This document shows positions 44,004-58,897 of a stretch of 64,000 nt of DNA, in pieces. Position 1 is the stretch's first letter, and each line of letters begins with the position of its first letter. A program made the position numbers and the translations under genes. The notes under the pieces are model-generated. The model searched no databases, was not told where the DNA came from, and saw only the letters and a program-made list of their open reading frames with translations. The stretch is from positions 62,001 through 126,000 of the forward strand of contig NIVC01000584.1 of assembly GCA_002269645.1 (NCBI GenBank). The letters are read 5' to 3'. This DNA is from Macrostomum lignano. Lineage: Eukaryota.

Positions 44004-47000
44004 ATGAAGATGGACTTTCTTCAGCTTATTCCATCTAGTACCTTGGATGTTTTATTACGTGTTCCTTTTCTTTTTATTATTGATAATACATTGAACACAG
44101 AACTCCCTTCTATCATTCGAACGCAACATGTTGAAGCTGTTCAGTCTGTTGATCGTTTATCTGGAAATGGCTCTAAGTTAAACAGAGAGCAATATAAGCT
44201 TTGCTTGCTTAAAGACATTGGCAAAGATACCCTATCATTGTTTGATAGATTCTTTGAGAATACTATAAACATAGATGATTGTCCACCTCAGTCATTAGTG
44301 TTCTTTTTAGTTATTATCATCCCTTTGTTTAGCTTTATATTCAAATCAGCTGGTAAGTCTTATTGACTTATTTTTATGTAGCTTAAATATAATATATTTA
44401 TTATTTAGCTAATATAATTAATCTGGCATTCCTTTGGTTTACAATCATTTTTCCACGTATATTTCGGTTCACGATCCCCATGTAATTTTCCATATAAATG
44501 ATTGTAGCTTGCTTGAAATAAGCAAAATTGTTAAACTAACTGAGCTTATATGTTACATATTAGAAAAACTAAACAGAATAGCCAACAAATGGTTACTTTC
44601 ATGGCATTGCAATGGCAATAACGAGGATCCTATATATCCACTTTAGTTTACGATCATTTAAATGGAAATAATACATGTAAATGATCATGAACCAAAGCTA
44701 GCCATGTATTGAGATAGCTAGTTGAGAGGATTAGTGCATGAATTTAATTTCCAAAAATGAATCCGAGAAGATGATCCTATATATGGCGAAATCCAAAAAC
44801 GTGGGATAAAACGGTAAAACAAATCTGCAGACATTCGATGGAAAGTAATGAAGACTTGTAGGCCTTAGAGAAGGCTAATTTTTTTACTACTTACAAAACA
44901 GAAAGTAATCTGTGTTTTACTTTTTATTCAAGTCAAAAAGATGAAGTATTTCTAAGGATTTCAAAGTTTTTCTAAAACCATATAAACTCGCAAAAATTCA
45001 TACATATATAAAGTGCAAAGTTTGCCAGCAAACATCTTTCTCTAAAAGTAAATATATCGCTAATTCCTTGTTGCAAAATAATCTTTAAGTTGTTTTCTTT
45101 CATTTAAATATTAACTTGCATAGTATTAGTATTTGTAATATGCCTATATTTAGACTTAAAAATTTTGGGTAAAAAATGGTACCACAAAATGTGAACCCGG
45201 CATCCAAATCAGATGCTTACTGTATGCTCATTAAGCAACGAAGAACAATGAAATTACACTAAAACATGTATCATTGCGGTGTATATGCAGGAAAAAAAGA
45301 ATTTTCCAAATTGCTTTAGTAGAAGCTGAGTAAAATGCAATTTTCCAATCCTTATGGGAATTCCAATGTGTTACCCGGCTTCCAAATCAGACGCTTACTG
45401 TATGCTCATTAAGCGACGAGGAACAATGAAATTACACTAAAACATGTATCATCGTGGCGTGTATGCAGGAAAAAAAGAATTTTCCAAATCGCTTTAGTAG
45501 AAGCTGAGTAAAATGCAATTTTCCAATCCTTATGGGAATTCCAATGTGTTACCCAACTTCCAAATCAGATGCTTACTGTATGCTCATTAAGCGACGAGGA
45601 ACAATGAAATTACACTAAAACATGTATCATCGTGGCGTGAATGCAGGAAAAAAAGAATTTTCCAAATCGCTTTAGTAGAAGCTGAATAAAATGCAAGTTT
45701 CTGATCCTTACGGAAATTTGTATGTTTAAATAATAAACTTACATTGAACACAACTTATTGCAAACGAACTCTAAAAAATACACGTTGTCAAGAGTAACGA
45801 AAGTGATAAACAAATAAACCCTTGATAATAATGTTAAATATGTTGTAGAATTATAGAGTGTAACATTATAAGATAGTTAAAGTTATTAAAATACATTATT
45901 ATAGCTTTTCTATCATTTTCATTAGACTCATTTTGGGTCGTAATTAAACTTACCGTTTTAACAAATCATTTTATTAAAAATAAAGCTATACAAAAATAAT
46001 TTGTGCTTTAATAGACTTTTTTACCTTTTAAAAACTTGAATAAATTAATTTTATAGCTTTATTGCTTTCAAATTGCCAAAAAACGAATTTTCATAAAACT
46101 TGCCCCCGATTTTTGGATTTCACCATATATATCCACTTCGGTTTACAATCATTTAAATGGGAGTAATACATGTAGATGATCTTGAACCAAAGCTAGCCAT
46201 GTATCGAGACAGTTATGATTTCAGTGCATGATTTCAATTTCCAAAAATGAATCCAAGAAGACGCGGGATCCTATATATCCACTTCGGTTTACGATCATTT
46301 AAATAGAAGCAATGCATATAAATGATTGTGAACCGAAGCTAGCCATGTATTGAGATAGCTACAAGCTTTATCTGAAATCAAGCCCTATCTCGATACATGG
46401 CTAGTTTCAGTTCACGATTATTTATATGCATTGCTTCCATTTAAATGATTGTGTACCGAAGCTGAGGGGGGTGTTGAAGACATGTATAGTCATAGTTATT
46501 AGTTCAACTGGTGGGACTTGTTGGCAATTAAAATGTCTTGAGTTAATGTGCACTGCTAAGTAACTTGACGCTTTATTATTCTCTTCAACATTTATTACAT
46601 TTAGATTAATAGAACAATTAGAACATTTAGATTACATTTAGATTTAGATTAAATTTTAGATTAAACATTTATTCTATGTTTAATTATTTCCAAAATTATT
46701 TTGCCCTCTATTCAAGGGTGGTGGGGGGTGGGGGTTGGAATTAAATGAACAATTTGAGAAGATAGCCAAATGTTCTTTTATCTATATAGCTAATATTAAA
46801 GCAAATTTATTTTATAAGTTTTTTAAAGTTTCTTGAAATAAAAAATGCTAAGAAGATCTGGTAATTTTATATTAAAGCTTATAATTGTTGATATAAAACT
46901 GCATTCAATTTAAATAAATTTGATATATAAACATTTGACTTTAAGAATGAATAAACATTGAATAAACATTTCTTAGAAAGCATGTTTAGATTTAGCATAG

Positions 47001-47588
47001 TAAAAATAGGAGCGAATATAGTCCACTTTGGCGACAAACAATTTAGGCAAAAACCATTTTGACAATAGCCATTTCAGCAACAGCGTAAGCAATAAATGAA
47101 AGCAAGGGCAGGAGGGGGGGCTGGTGGTTATTCTTAGCATGTACAGCTATAGTGGAGGGTGGGGAAGTCCGGCTGGCAAGAAGAAAAACTCTAGAGAGCC
47201 TGCTGGCTATATGCGCTGTCCTCAATTTACCTGCATCAAAGTTAAGATGGTTATTAAGTATAGTTTGGTGGGTACATGCAGCCAATGCATTCTATACACA
47301 AATTGTAGGAGGCTATAGATGATAATGGACTTTTCTAGGAACAGAAAAGAATGGGCAATGAGCATAAGGAGGACTAGATTTGTTTTTTTATTTCTTACTG
47401 CTTTGTTTTAGCTTTGTGATGACTTTGACTTTGACTTTACTTTTAAAATTAAAATAAATGCATTATTGATGCTGTTGCCAAAATGGCTGTTGCTGATTTA
47501 ACTTGTCACCAAAATGGTTGTTGCTGAAGTGGTTTGTTGCCAAAGTGGACTGATACCATGCCAATGGATAGGACAACCCTAAAAGAAG

Positions 47589-47624
<36 letters not shown>

Positions 47625-50600
47625 CTTTTTTTAATGTATATATACAAGCTGTTGAAACTTGTAGAATTTGAACCTGGGGAATTCTAATCCCCAGAACTAT
47701 TTTGCATGTATTCTAAAATCTAAAGTCATATTCACACAAAAACTTATTGATCGTTAGGATAGAAGGAAACATAAAATAGAGCTAAATTTGTATAAAATTA
47801 GGATTTAAGGCAACCATTGATATGGCTAGGGTGCTATGCAGAATGTCAGAAAATGTCTATTTGACTCTAAAACATATATTAGCAAACTTTGGCCTCTGCC
47901 TATCTCCAAGTCCCTTGGATCTTTGAAACTTCCATCTTCTCTTCTGTCTCCTCTTTTCTCTTTCTCTCCTCTCATTTCTTCTGTTCTTTCCTCTCTACTC
48001 TCCTCTTTTTTCTTGTCTCTTCCCTCATCTCTCTTTTCTCTCATCTTTGCTCTATCAAATCTCCTTTCTCTTCTTTTTTCTCTGCTCTCTTATCTCTTCT
48101 CACTTCTCTTTTCTTGCTTCTCTCTCATCTCTTTTATCTCATGTCTTCTTTTCTCTCTAAGTCAAAAAGTCATTCTCAAAGGTCTATATATCACATTTAT
48201 TTAAATTGAATGCAGTTTATATCCTATATACTAAAAATGAGTTGTCTGTATGTATGTGGGTAGGTAAGTATGCAATAGATTTCAGAAAAAATGGCTCAAC
48301 CGATTTTCTTCAAACTTGCACCATTCAATCAGAAATTTTCCTGGGACGGTACATGCATCCTGGTTAAGAAATTGCTCAATTTTAAAGGGATTAAATATTT
48401 GAAAAACATGCTTTTTGCAAAGGTCAAGCAGCTCTTTCGACCTGGAATGCATTGTAAGAATGCTAGAGAAAAAACTGACTGGCTTAAACATTGCATCACA
48501 ACAAGTTGAAAACAGTGCCAAAGAAAAGCACACAAGACTTGATTGTAATTGCATAACCATATTGCTAACTTAAATTGAGACTGATACTGGCTGACTGAGA
48601 AATTGATTATGTCATAACTTTCTACTCCAATTGACTTGCTGTAAGAATTAAATTATAATGGCCACAATTCATGTTCTCCAAATGAAAAGAGATAGCCCAG
48701 ATGCGAACAGACTGGAATGCTATTATAGTGACCTGGGTTTGAATCTTAGTAGTGCAAAAAGATTTTTTTATTAAAACACCTTAAAAACACAAAACTGCTA
48801 AACATAAAAGAAGCACAATGTCAAACATAGAAAAGCCACCATGTCAAACATTAAAGAGCCACCATGCCAAACATAAAATAAGCACTATGTCAAACATATA
48901 CGTGACTCCATGTCAATGATTAAAAGCCACCATGTCGAACATAGAAGAGCCACTATGTCAAACCTAAACAAGACACCACATCTAACATTTAAGAGCCACC
49001 ATGTCAAACATAAAGAGCCACCATATCAAACATTTAAGAGCCACCATGTCAAACATTTAAGAGCCACCAAGTCAAACATTTAAGAGCCACCATGCCAAAT
49101 ATTTAAGAGCCACCATGTCAAACATATATGTGACTTTATGTCAAACTTTAAAGAGCCACCATTTCGAACATTAAATAGCCACTTTGTCAAACATTAGAGA
49201 ACCGCCGTGTCAAACATAAAAGAGCCACCAGGTTAAACATTAAAGAGACACCATGTAAAACATTAAAGAGCCACCGTGTCAAACATAGAAGAGCCACCAT
49301 GTCAAACATAAAAGAGCCACCATGTCAGACATTAAAAAGCCACCGTATCAAACATAAAAGAGTTACCATGTAGAACAAAAAACAGCCACCATGTCAAACA
49401 TAGAAGAGCCACCATGTAGAATAATAAATAGCCACCATGAAGAACATTAAAGAGCCACCATATCAAACATTTAAGAGCCACCATGCCAGACATTAAAAAG
49501 CCACCGTATCAAACATAAAAGAGTTACCATGTAGAACATTAAAGAGCCACCATTTCAAACAGTAAAGAGCCACCACGTCAAACATAAAAGAGCCACCATG
49601 TAGAATATTAAAGAGCCACCATGAAGAACATTAAAGAGCCACCATGTCAAACATTTAAGAGCCACCATGTCAAACATTTAAGAGCCACCATCTCAAACAT
49701 ATATGTGACTTTATGTCAAACTTTAAAGAGCCACTATTTTGAACATTAAATAGCCACTTTGTCAAACATTAGAGAGCCGCCGTGTCAAACATAAAAGAGC
49801 TACCAGGTTAAACATTAAAGAGCCACCATGTCAAACATAGAAGAGCCACCATGTCAAACATAAAAGAGCCATCATGTCAAACATTTAAGAGCCACCAAGT
49901 CAAACTTTTAAGAGCCACCATGTCAAACATATATGTGACTTTATGTCAAACTTTAAAGAGCCACTATTTCAAACATTAAATAGCCACTTTGTCAAACATT
50001 AGAGAGCCGCCATGTCAAACATAAAAGAGCCACCAGGTTAAACATTAAAGAGCCACCATGTCAAACAATAAAGAGCCACCATGTAAAACATATATGTGAC
50101 TTTATGTCAAACTTTAAAAAGCCACTATTTCGAACATTAAATAGCCACTTTGTCGAACATTAAAGAGCCACCGTGTCAAACATAAAGAACCACCATGTTA
50201 AACATAGAAGAGCCACCATGTTAGACATTAAAAAGCCACCGTATCAAACATAAAAGAGTTACCATGTAGAACAAAAAACAGCCACCATGTCGAACATTAA
50301 AGAGCCACAATGTAGAATATTAAAGAGCCACCATGAAGAACATTAAAGAGCCACAGTGTCAAACATAAAAGAGCCACCATGTCAAACATATAAGAGCCAC
50401 CATGTCAAACATTTAAGAGCCACCATGTCAGACATTAAAAAGCCACCGTATCAAACATAAAAGAGTTACCATGTAGAACATTAAAGAGCCACCATTTCAA
50501 ACAGTAAAAAGCCACCATGTCAAACATAAAAGAGCCACCATGTCAAACATTAAAGAGCCACCATGAAGAACATTAAAGAGCCACCATGTCAAACATTAAA

Positions 50601-53600
50601 AAGCCACCATGTCAAACATTTAAGAGCCACCATCTCAAACATATATGTGACTGTTTGTCAAACTTTAAAGAGCCACTATTTCGAACATTAAATAGCCACT
50701 TTGTCAAACATTAGAGAGCCGCTGTGTCAAACATAAAAGAGCCACCAGGTTAAACATTAAAGAGCCACCATGTCAAACATAGAAGAGCCACCATGTAAAA
50801 CATAAAAGAGCCACCATGTCAGACATTAAAAGCCACCGTGTCAAACATAAAAGGGCCACCAGGTTAAACATTAATGAGCCACCATGTCAAACAATAAAGA
50901 GCCACCATGTTGAACATAAAAGAGCTACCATGTCAAACATTTAAGAGCTACCATGTCAAACATTTAAGAGCTACCATGTCAAACATTTAAGAGCTACCAT
51001 GTCAAACATAAAAGAGCCACCATGTCAAACATAAAAGAGTGACCATGTCAAACAATTAAAAGCCACTTTGTCTAACATTAAAGAGCCACCATTTCAATCA
51101 TAAAAGAGCCACCATGTCAAACATAAAAGAGCCACCATGTCAAACAATAAAAAGCCACTTTGTCTAACATTAAAGAGCCACCATGTCAAACATTAAAAAG
51201 CCACCATGTCAAACATAAAAGAGCCATCATATCAAACATTAAAGAGCCACTTTGTCTAACATAAAAGAGCCACCATGTCAAACATAAAAAAGCCACCATT
51301 TCAAACATTAAAAAGCCACCATGTCAAACATAAAAGAGCCACCATGTCAAACATAAAAGAGCCACCATGTCAAACATAGAAGAGCCACCATGTCAGATAT
51401 TGAAAAGCCACTGTATCAAACATAAAAGAGCCACCATGTCAACATAAATGAGCCACCATGTCAACATAAAAGAGCCACCATGTCAAACAATAAAGAGCCA
51501 CCATGTCAAACATAAAAGATACACAATTTCAAACGTAAAAGTAAGCGAATTTTAAAGGAGCCACTATAATGCTAAGGAAATTGTCGCACTAGCTATTTAT
51601 TGTCTGGTGGATGCTTGCTATTTGGGGATGCTATCTATCTGGGGGATGCTTGCTATCTGGGGGATGCTTGCTATCTGGGGGAAGCTTGCTATCTTGGGGA
51701 TGCTTGCTATCTGGGGGATGCTTACTATCTGGGGTCTGGGGGAATGCTTGCTATCTGGGGGATGCTTGCTATCTGGGGGATGCTTGCGATCTGGGAGATG
51801 CTTGCTATCTAGGGGATGCTTGCTATCTGGGGGATGCTTGCTATCTGGGGGATGCTTGCTATCCGGGGGATGCTTGCAATCTGGGGGATGCTTGCTATCT
51901 GGGGGATGCTTGCTGTCTTGGGATGATTTCTTTTTGCATTGCACTTCATTTAAGTATTTTGTCTTTTTTCTTTGTGATTGTGAATGCTTTATTTGGCTAT
52001 CTTTTTGTTACTTGTAGAGAGCAGAGATTCTATACAAATATTCTATAATGGGGGGCGAAGATTGCTAGTATATTGACTAATACCATGACATTATTTTGGA
52101 ATAATTAATAATATATATAATTGTTTTTTTCAATATTGCCAATTTCGACTACATTGTACCCTAAAGAAGCTATACATAGATAGCCATTTAATAGCAACAA
52201 AGATAAATATGAGTTTAAAGACCTATATAAATACTTTGTAGATCCAAATAAATATTAAGATTTAAGAAAAAATTTATAAGATAACAAATGAAAAGTAGCA
52301 TTGTCCTACTAAGAAGGGTCATTAGCTATACTTATACAGGCTGACTTTGCCTTGTCTTTTTGTTGAATATTTTACTTTTTTATGTTTATAACAAACTGGA
52401 TTAGTGGCATAAAGTAGGGAAGGCAAGAGGCCAATATATGCAAGGCTAGGCAAGAGGCCAGGAATGCAAAGACCATATATAAATACTGCATATAAGTGGA
52501 GTGAGAGCAGAAGGGGAGAGGCTAGGTGGGGCTAAGCCATGCAAGACTGTAGGGGGCAAAACAGCCATAGAGAAAGAAAGGGGAAGGCTTGCCAATTAAA
52601 GGCATTTGCAGCAAGAGACCTGATTAGATTAGTCCAAAAAGAAAGAAACAAAAAAGATGCTAGTCAATGAAAATGAAAACAAAAAAAATATCTTTGTTAT
52701 TTGAGTCTATAACCCAAGATATTTAAAAAGATTCCCTTTTAAAGTGGCAATATTTATTTTTAGTGATCTATCTTTCTGCCCTTATCCATGAAATAAAGGG
52801 CTCCAATGGTCTTTAAGTCTTAGTTATTAAGTAGATGACAATGATTGAGTACATTGCACTATGGCAATTAAAATAAGTGTTTGAATATATGCCATTAGGG
52901 TCCACTCTTTAGAAACTTAGTTCTAGTTCTCTCAAAAAAACTGAGCTTATTCTTATCCAAGCTTTAAAAATAGGCACTCAGTTTGAGTGAGTTTATCATT
53001 TGCAAAAACTTATAGACTTAGTCAATCGTCCATCAGGCTGCTATTGTCACAAATGCCTAGGTGTATAGACTTTTCCATTTTGCTGATATTAGTTGCCCAC
53101 CTATCTACTTACTATTTTATCTTGCTGATATCATGGGCTTATGGTTGCCATGAGCAATGCAAAGTTGACTAGGTGGATATTTGCCACTTTGTTTCATAGA
53201 GCTTCAAAGTTTATAAAGTTACACCTCAGTCCTTCAGTGAACTGCACCCCTCCAGCCCTTCAGTGAACTGCACCCCTCCAGCCCTTCAGTGAACTGCACC
53301 CCTCCAGCTCTTCAGTGAACTGCACCCAACAGTCCTTCAGTAAACTGCACCCCTCCAGCCCCTCAGTGAACTGCACCCCTCCAGCCCTTCAGTGAACTGC
53401 ACCCCTCCAGCTCTTCAGTGAACTGCACCCAACAGTCCTTCAGTAAACTGCACCCCTCCAGCCCTTCAGTAAACTGCACCCCTCCAGCCCTTCAGTGAAC
53501 TGCACCCCTCCAGCCCTTCAGTGAACTGCACCCCTCCAGCCCTTCAGTGAACTGCACCCCTCCAGCTCTTCAGTGAACTGCACCCAACAGTCCTTCAGTA

Positions 53601-56600
53601 AACTGCACCCCTCCAGCCCTTCAGTGAACTGCACCCCTCCAATCCTTCAGTGAACTGCACCCAACAGTCCTTCAGTAAACTGCACCCCTCCAGCCCTTCA
53701 GTGAACTGCACCCCTCCAATCCTTCAGTGAACTGCACCCCTTTAGTCCTTCAGTGAACTGCACCCCTCCAGCTCTTCAGTGAACTGCACCCAACAGTCCT
53801 TCAGTAAACTGCACCCCTCCAGCCCTTCAGTGAACTGCACCCCTCCAATCCTTCAGTGAACTGCACCCCTTTAGTCCTTCAGTGAACTGCACCCCTTCAC
53901 TGTAGCAAGCTTATTTAACCTTTGTGACCCAAAATTCTACAGCTTGATGTTAATATTAAAAGGTCTTTAATCCTGAATCCTCACACAGTGATCGCTCTGG
54001 CCGGCTTAGCATCCGTCCTGGACTCGGATTATCTCCGGGCTGCGTGCGCCAATCTCGTGTCTGTGCTCATGGCTTATTATTCCTATCGTAGCAGCTGTGA
54101 GCTGGTTCGGGCGGCCGGTGCGGCGGCCTTGCTGAGCTCGCCCGATCCGCCTGGCGACAGGCACAGCGGTGGCGGAACCCTCGGCCTGGTGCTGTACTGC
54201 AACAGTCAGCTGCTCACCGCACTGCTGCTCTCCCGCTGCCTGCTTGCCGACTTGCCCAACCGACTGCAGCGGCTACTTCGAGTAGTCATGTTCGCCTTTC
54301 TGCAGCTGCCGCTCATATTCACCTGTGTGGGCGCTCCCGACCCCCTGCTGAGCCGCAGCCCCATGCTGTCTGTGTGCCCAGCTGCCTGCCTCATCAATGC
54401 CCAATTGTTGGGCAACGCTGACCGGCTGGTTGGCCAGAGTGTGCGAGCTGTGCGAAATCTGTGCAGGCAGGCTCGCGCTCTGGGCCTTGAGGTTTGTTGC
54501 TGAGCGGCTGCAGTGCCGCGTTTGTTGGGTTCGGGAAAGGTTCAGCAAGAGTCGATTTGTGTAGCTTTATTTGTCTGTCTGTCTGTCTTAATTTCTTAAT
54601 GTCTGTCCCTGTCTGTCGGTCGGTAAATCTGTGTCTGTTTGTTTGTCTGTCTTTCTGTTTGTCCATCTGTCTGACTGTCTGTTTGTCCGTCTGTTTGTTT
54701 GTCCATCTGTCTGTCTGTCAGTCTCTTTGTCCATCTGTCTGTTAGTCTGTTTGTCCATCTGTCTGTCTGTATGTCCGTGTCTGTTTACTTGATGTCTGTC
54801 TTCTGTCTGTCTATGTAGTCTTTCTGTCTCCTACGAGGAACTCGAAATCCCGAGACCCGAGTCGATATTTGAGATTGAGACCATTACTCGTATTTGCACC
54901 TGTCGAGTTGTTATTTGTTTGTTTGACTGTCCGTGTAGCGTAGGCCCGTGTTCGCATCCGGGTCAGTGGAATGGCCATGGTTGATTGTGAATTCGCTAAT
55001 TGCAGATAAAAATAATATTTGCATCGAATATTTTGCGTAGACCTACTTATTAGTAAGTAGTCTGTATCGTTTCTGACGCTTTTCATTTGATTTTGTCTGT
55101 CCAACAGGGCGTCATCGAGCAGCACTGGGCCCGGCTGCGAGTTCCTCTGCTGCTTCGCGTATTCTGGCTATTGAAAGCCGCCTATTACCTGGTTACTATG
55201 CTGTTGCTACCCGCTGAGGCTGGCGGCGGCGAGTCTCCGACTTTGATTGGCGCCCTGCAGGCGGCCACGCTGGGCCGCGGCTCGGAGAACCTGCTGTCCC
55301 TGCTGGGCATGACGGCCGTCATCAGCTGGCTGTCGCAGCTCATTGTGCTCTGCTTCGCCAAGTTTATCAGCCTTCACGACTACGAGGAGTGGCAGTACGG
55401 CACCGTGTCGGCCATGCTGTTCTTCCTGCTGGCTCTGCAGGCTGGCATCACCGGCTTGCCGGCCGACGACAGAGTGAGCCGGCTGTACCGCAATCTGTGC
55501 CTGATGGTGTCCGCTCTGTTGCACTTTGTGCACAATATGTGCCAGCAGGTCTGTGTCCGTGCCTTGTTCTGTGTGCTTTCCGAATGCTTTTAATCAGTAG
55601 GAGCCAAATTGGAAGGCTTGGGGATTATGTTGAAATAGTGGGGTGTTAACTTAGATTGCATTAGGTGCTAAAATAGAATGCATTAGTGCCAAATTAGAAT
55701 GTATTAGGTGCCAAATAAAAAAGCATTAGATGCCAATTAAGAATATATTAGGTGCCAAATTAGAATGCATTAGGTGCCAAATAAGAATATATTAGGTGCC
55801 AAATTAGAATGCATTAGGTGCTAAATTAGTATGCATTAAGTGCTAAATTAGAAAAACCCATTAGGTACCAAATAAGAATATATTAGGTGCTAAATTAGAA
55901 TGCATTAGGTGCTAAATTAGAATGCATTAGGTGCTAAATTAGAAAAACCCATTAGGTAACAAATTAGGTGCCAAATAAAAAGCATTAGATGCCAAATAAG
56001 AATATATTAGGCGCTAAATCAAAATGCATTACGGGCCAAATAAGAATTCATTAGGTGCCAACTTAGAATGCATTAGGGGCCAACTTAGAATGCATTACGT
56101 GCCAACTTAGAATGCATTAGGGGCCAAATAAGAATGCATTAGTTGCCAACTTAGAATGCATTAGGTGCCAACTTAGAATGCATTAGGGGCCAAATAAGAA
56201 TGCATTAGGTGCCAACTTAGAATGCATTAGGTGCCAACTTAGAATGCATTAGGGGCCAAATAAGAATTCATTAGGTGCCAACTTAGAATGCATTAGGGGC
56301 CAAATAAGAATGCATTAGGTGCCAACTTAGAATGCATTAGGTGCCAACTTAGAATGTATTAGGTGCCAAATAAAAAAGCATTAGATGCCAAATAAGAATA
56401 TACGAGTATTAGGCGCTAAATCAAAATGCATTAGGGGCCAAATAAGAATGCATTAGGTGCCAACTTATAATGCATTAGGGGCCAAATAAGAATGCATTAG
56501 CTGCCAACTTAGAATGCATTAGGTGCCAACTTAAAATGCATTAGGTGCCAACTTAGAATGCATTAGGTGCCAACTTAGAATGCATTAGGGGCCAACTTAG

Positions 56601-58698
56601 AATGCATTACGTGCCAACTTAGAATGCATTAGGGGCCAAATAAGAATGCATTAGTTGCCAACTTAGAATGCATTAGGTGCCAACTTAGAATGCATTAGGT
56701 GCCAACTTAGAATGCATTAGGGGCCAAATAAGAATGCATTAGGTGCCAACTTAGAATGCATTAGGTGCCAACTTAGAATGCATTAGGGGCCAAATAAGAA
56801 TTCATTAGGTGCCAACTTAGAATGCATTAGGGGCCAAATAAGAATGCATTAGGTGCCAACTTAGAATGCATTAGGTGCCAACTTAGAATGCATTAGGGGC
56901 CAAATAAGAATTCATTAGGTGCCAACTTAGAATGCATTAGGGGCCAAATACGAGCTAAGAATGCATTAGGTGCCAACTTGGAATGCATTAGGTGCCAACT
57001 TAGAATGCATTAGGTGCCAACTTAGAATGTATTAGGTGCCAAATAAAAAAGCATTAGATGCCAAATAAGAATATACGAGTATTAGGCGCTAAATCAAAAT
57101 GCATTAGGGGCCAAATAAGAATGCATTAGGTGCCAACTTATAATGCATTAGGGGCCAAATAAGAATACATTAGGGGCCAAATAAGAATGCATTAGTTGCC
57201 AACTTAGAATGCATTAGGTGCCAACTTAGAATGCATTAGGTGCCAACTTAGAATGCATTAGGGGCCAAATAAGAATGCATTAGGTGCCAACTTAGAATGC
57301 ATTAGGGGCCAAATAAGAATTCATTAGGTGCCAACTTAGAATGCATTAGGTGCCAACTTAGAATGCATTAGGTGCCAACTTAGAATGCATTAGGTGCCAA
57401 CTTATAATGCATTAGGGGCCAAATAAGAATGCATTAGGTGCCAACTTAGAATGCATTAGGTGCCAACTTATAATGCATTAGGGGCCAAATAAGAATGCAT
57501 TAGGTGCCAACTTAGAATGCATTAGGTGCCAACTTAGAATGCATTAGGTGCCAACTTAGAATGCATTAGGGGCCAAATAAGAATGCATTAGGTGCCAACT
57601 TAGAATGCATTAGGTGCCAACTTAGAATGCATTAGGTGCCAACTTAGAATGCATTAGGTGCCAACTTATAATGCATTAGGGGCCAAATAAGAATGCATTA
57701 GGTGCCAACTTAGAATGCATTAGGTGCCAACTTATAATGCATTAGGGGCCAAATAAGAATGCATTAGGTGCCAACTTAGATAAATGCATTGTTAGGTGCC
57801 AAATTAATATAAAGGCATTATGTGCTAAATTAGATGAATGCATTAGGTGCCAAATTGAAAAAATGCATTAAGAGCCAATCCTCGAGTGTAAAGTTATATA
57901 AGTAAATATACGAGAACCCCCGGTTTTACCACAATCGCCAACCCCAGGTGATGCAGCGAGTCGCCTCAGCCCCCGCCGGTGTCCCGCTCAGCGTGCACCT
58001 TCGCGTCCTCTCCCTGTGCCTGTTCCTCCTGCTGAGTCCCATGGCCTTCCTGTACGTGCTGTGGACCAGCTACGAGGCGGGGGCCTGGATCCTCGCCGTC
58101 ACCGCCTTCTCCGTGGAGGTGCTGTTCAAAGTGCTCTTCACCCTCCTGCTGTACGCCGCATCCATGCTGGAGGCCTGGCGGGAGGGCACCTTCGAGGATT
58201 TGGACGAGACTCTGTACTACATCCGCGGCGCCAGCAATGTCGTGGAGTTCGTGTTCGGCATCTTCCTGTTCTTCAACGGCGGCTACATCTTCATATTCGA
58301 GTCTGGAGGCATTATCCGCGGCGTGATGCTGCTCATTCACGCCTACTTCAATATTTGGCAGCAGGCCGCTAATGGCTTGCAGGTGAGGCTTGGCTGGTAG
58401 CTGAGGACACGGATGTTCTACTGACGGAAATTCCAGAATTGCTGGCAGTGTTTTAGCTGCTTTTAAATTCAACGTTAGAAGTATAGTGTTGAACAGCATT
58501 ATGTAAACAGACAAACAGACACCGACAGAGCCATATTCACACCAACATAGACGGACAACAGGCAATAAAACAGGCATTTTTAGATTTAGAGGCTGACAGA
58601 CAGAAAAACAGACTAACAGACCGACAGACAGATAGAAAGAAGGCACTAAGACAGACAGACAGACAGACAAACAAACAAAGAGACACAGTCAGACAGAC

Positions 58699-58757
<59 letters not shown>

Positions 58758-58790
58758 AAGAGACACAGACAGACAGACAAACAAAGAGAC

Positions 58791-58829
<39 letters not shown>

Positions 58830-58836
58830 AAGAGAC

Positions 58837-58897
<61 letters not shown>

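Noticed and set aside
51600-52048. Cys-rich (GDACYL)n ORFs
   Set aside because: Frames of an 18-bp minisatellite inside RNF139 intron 1
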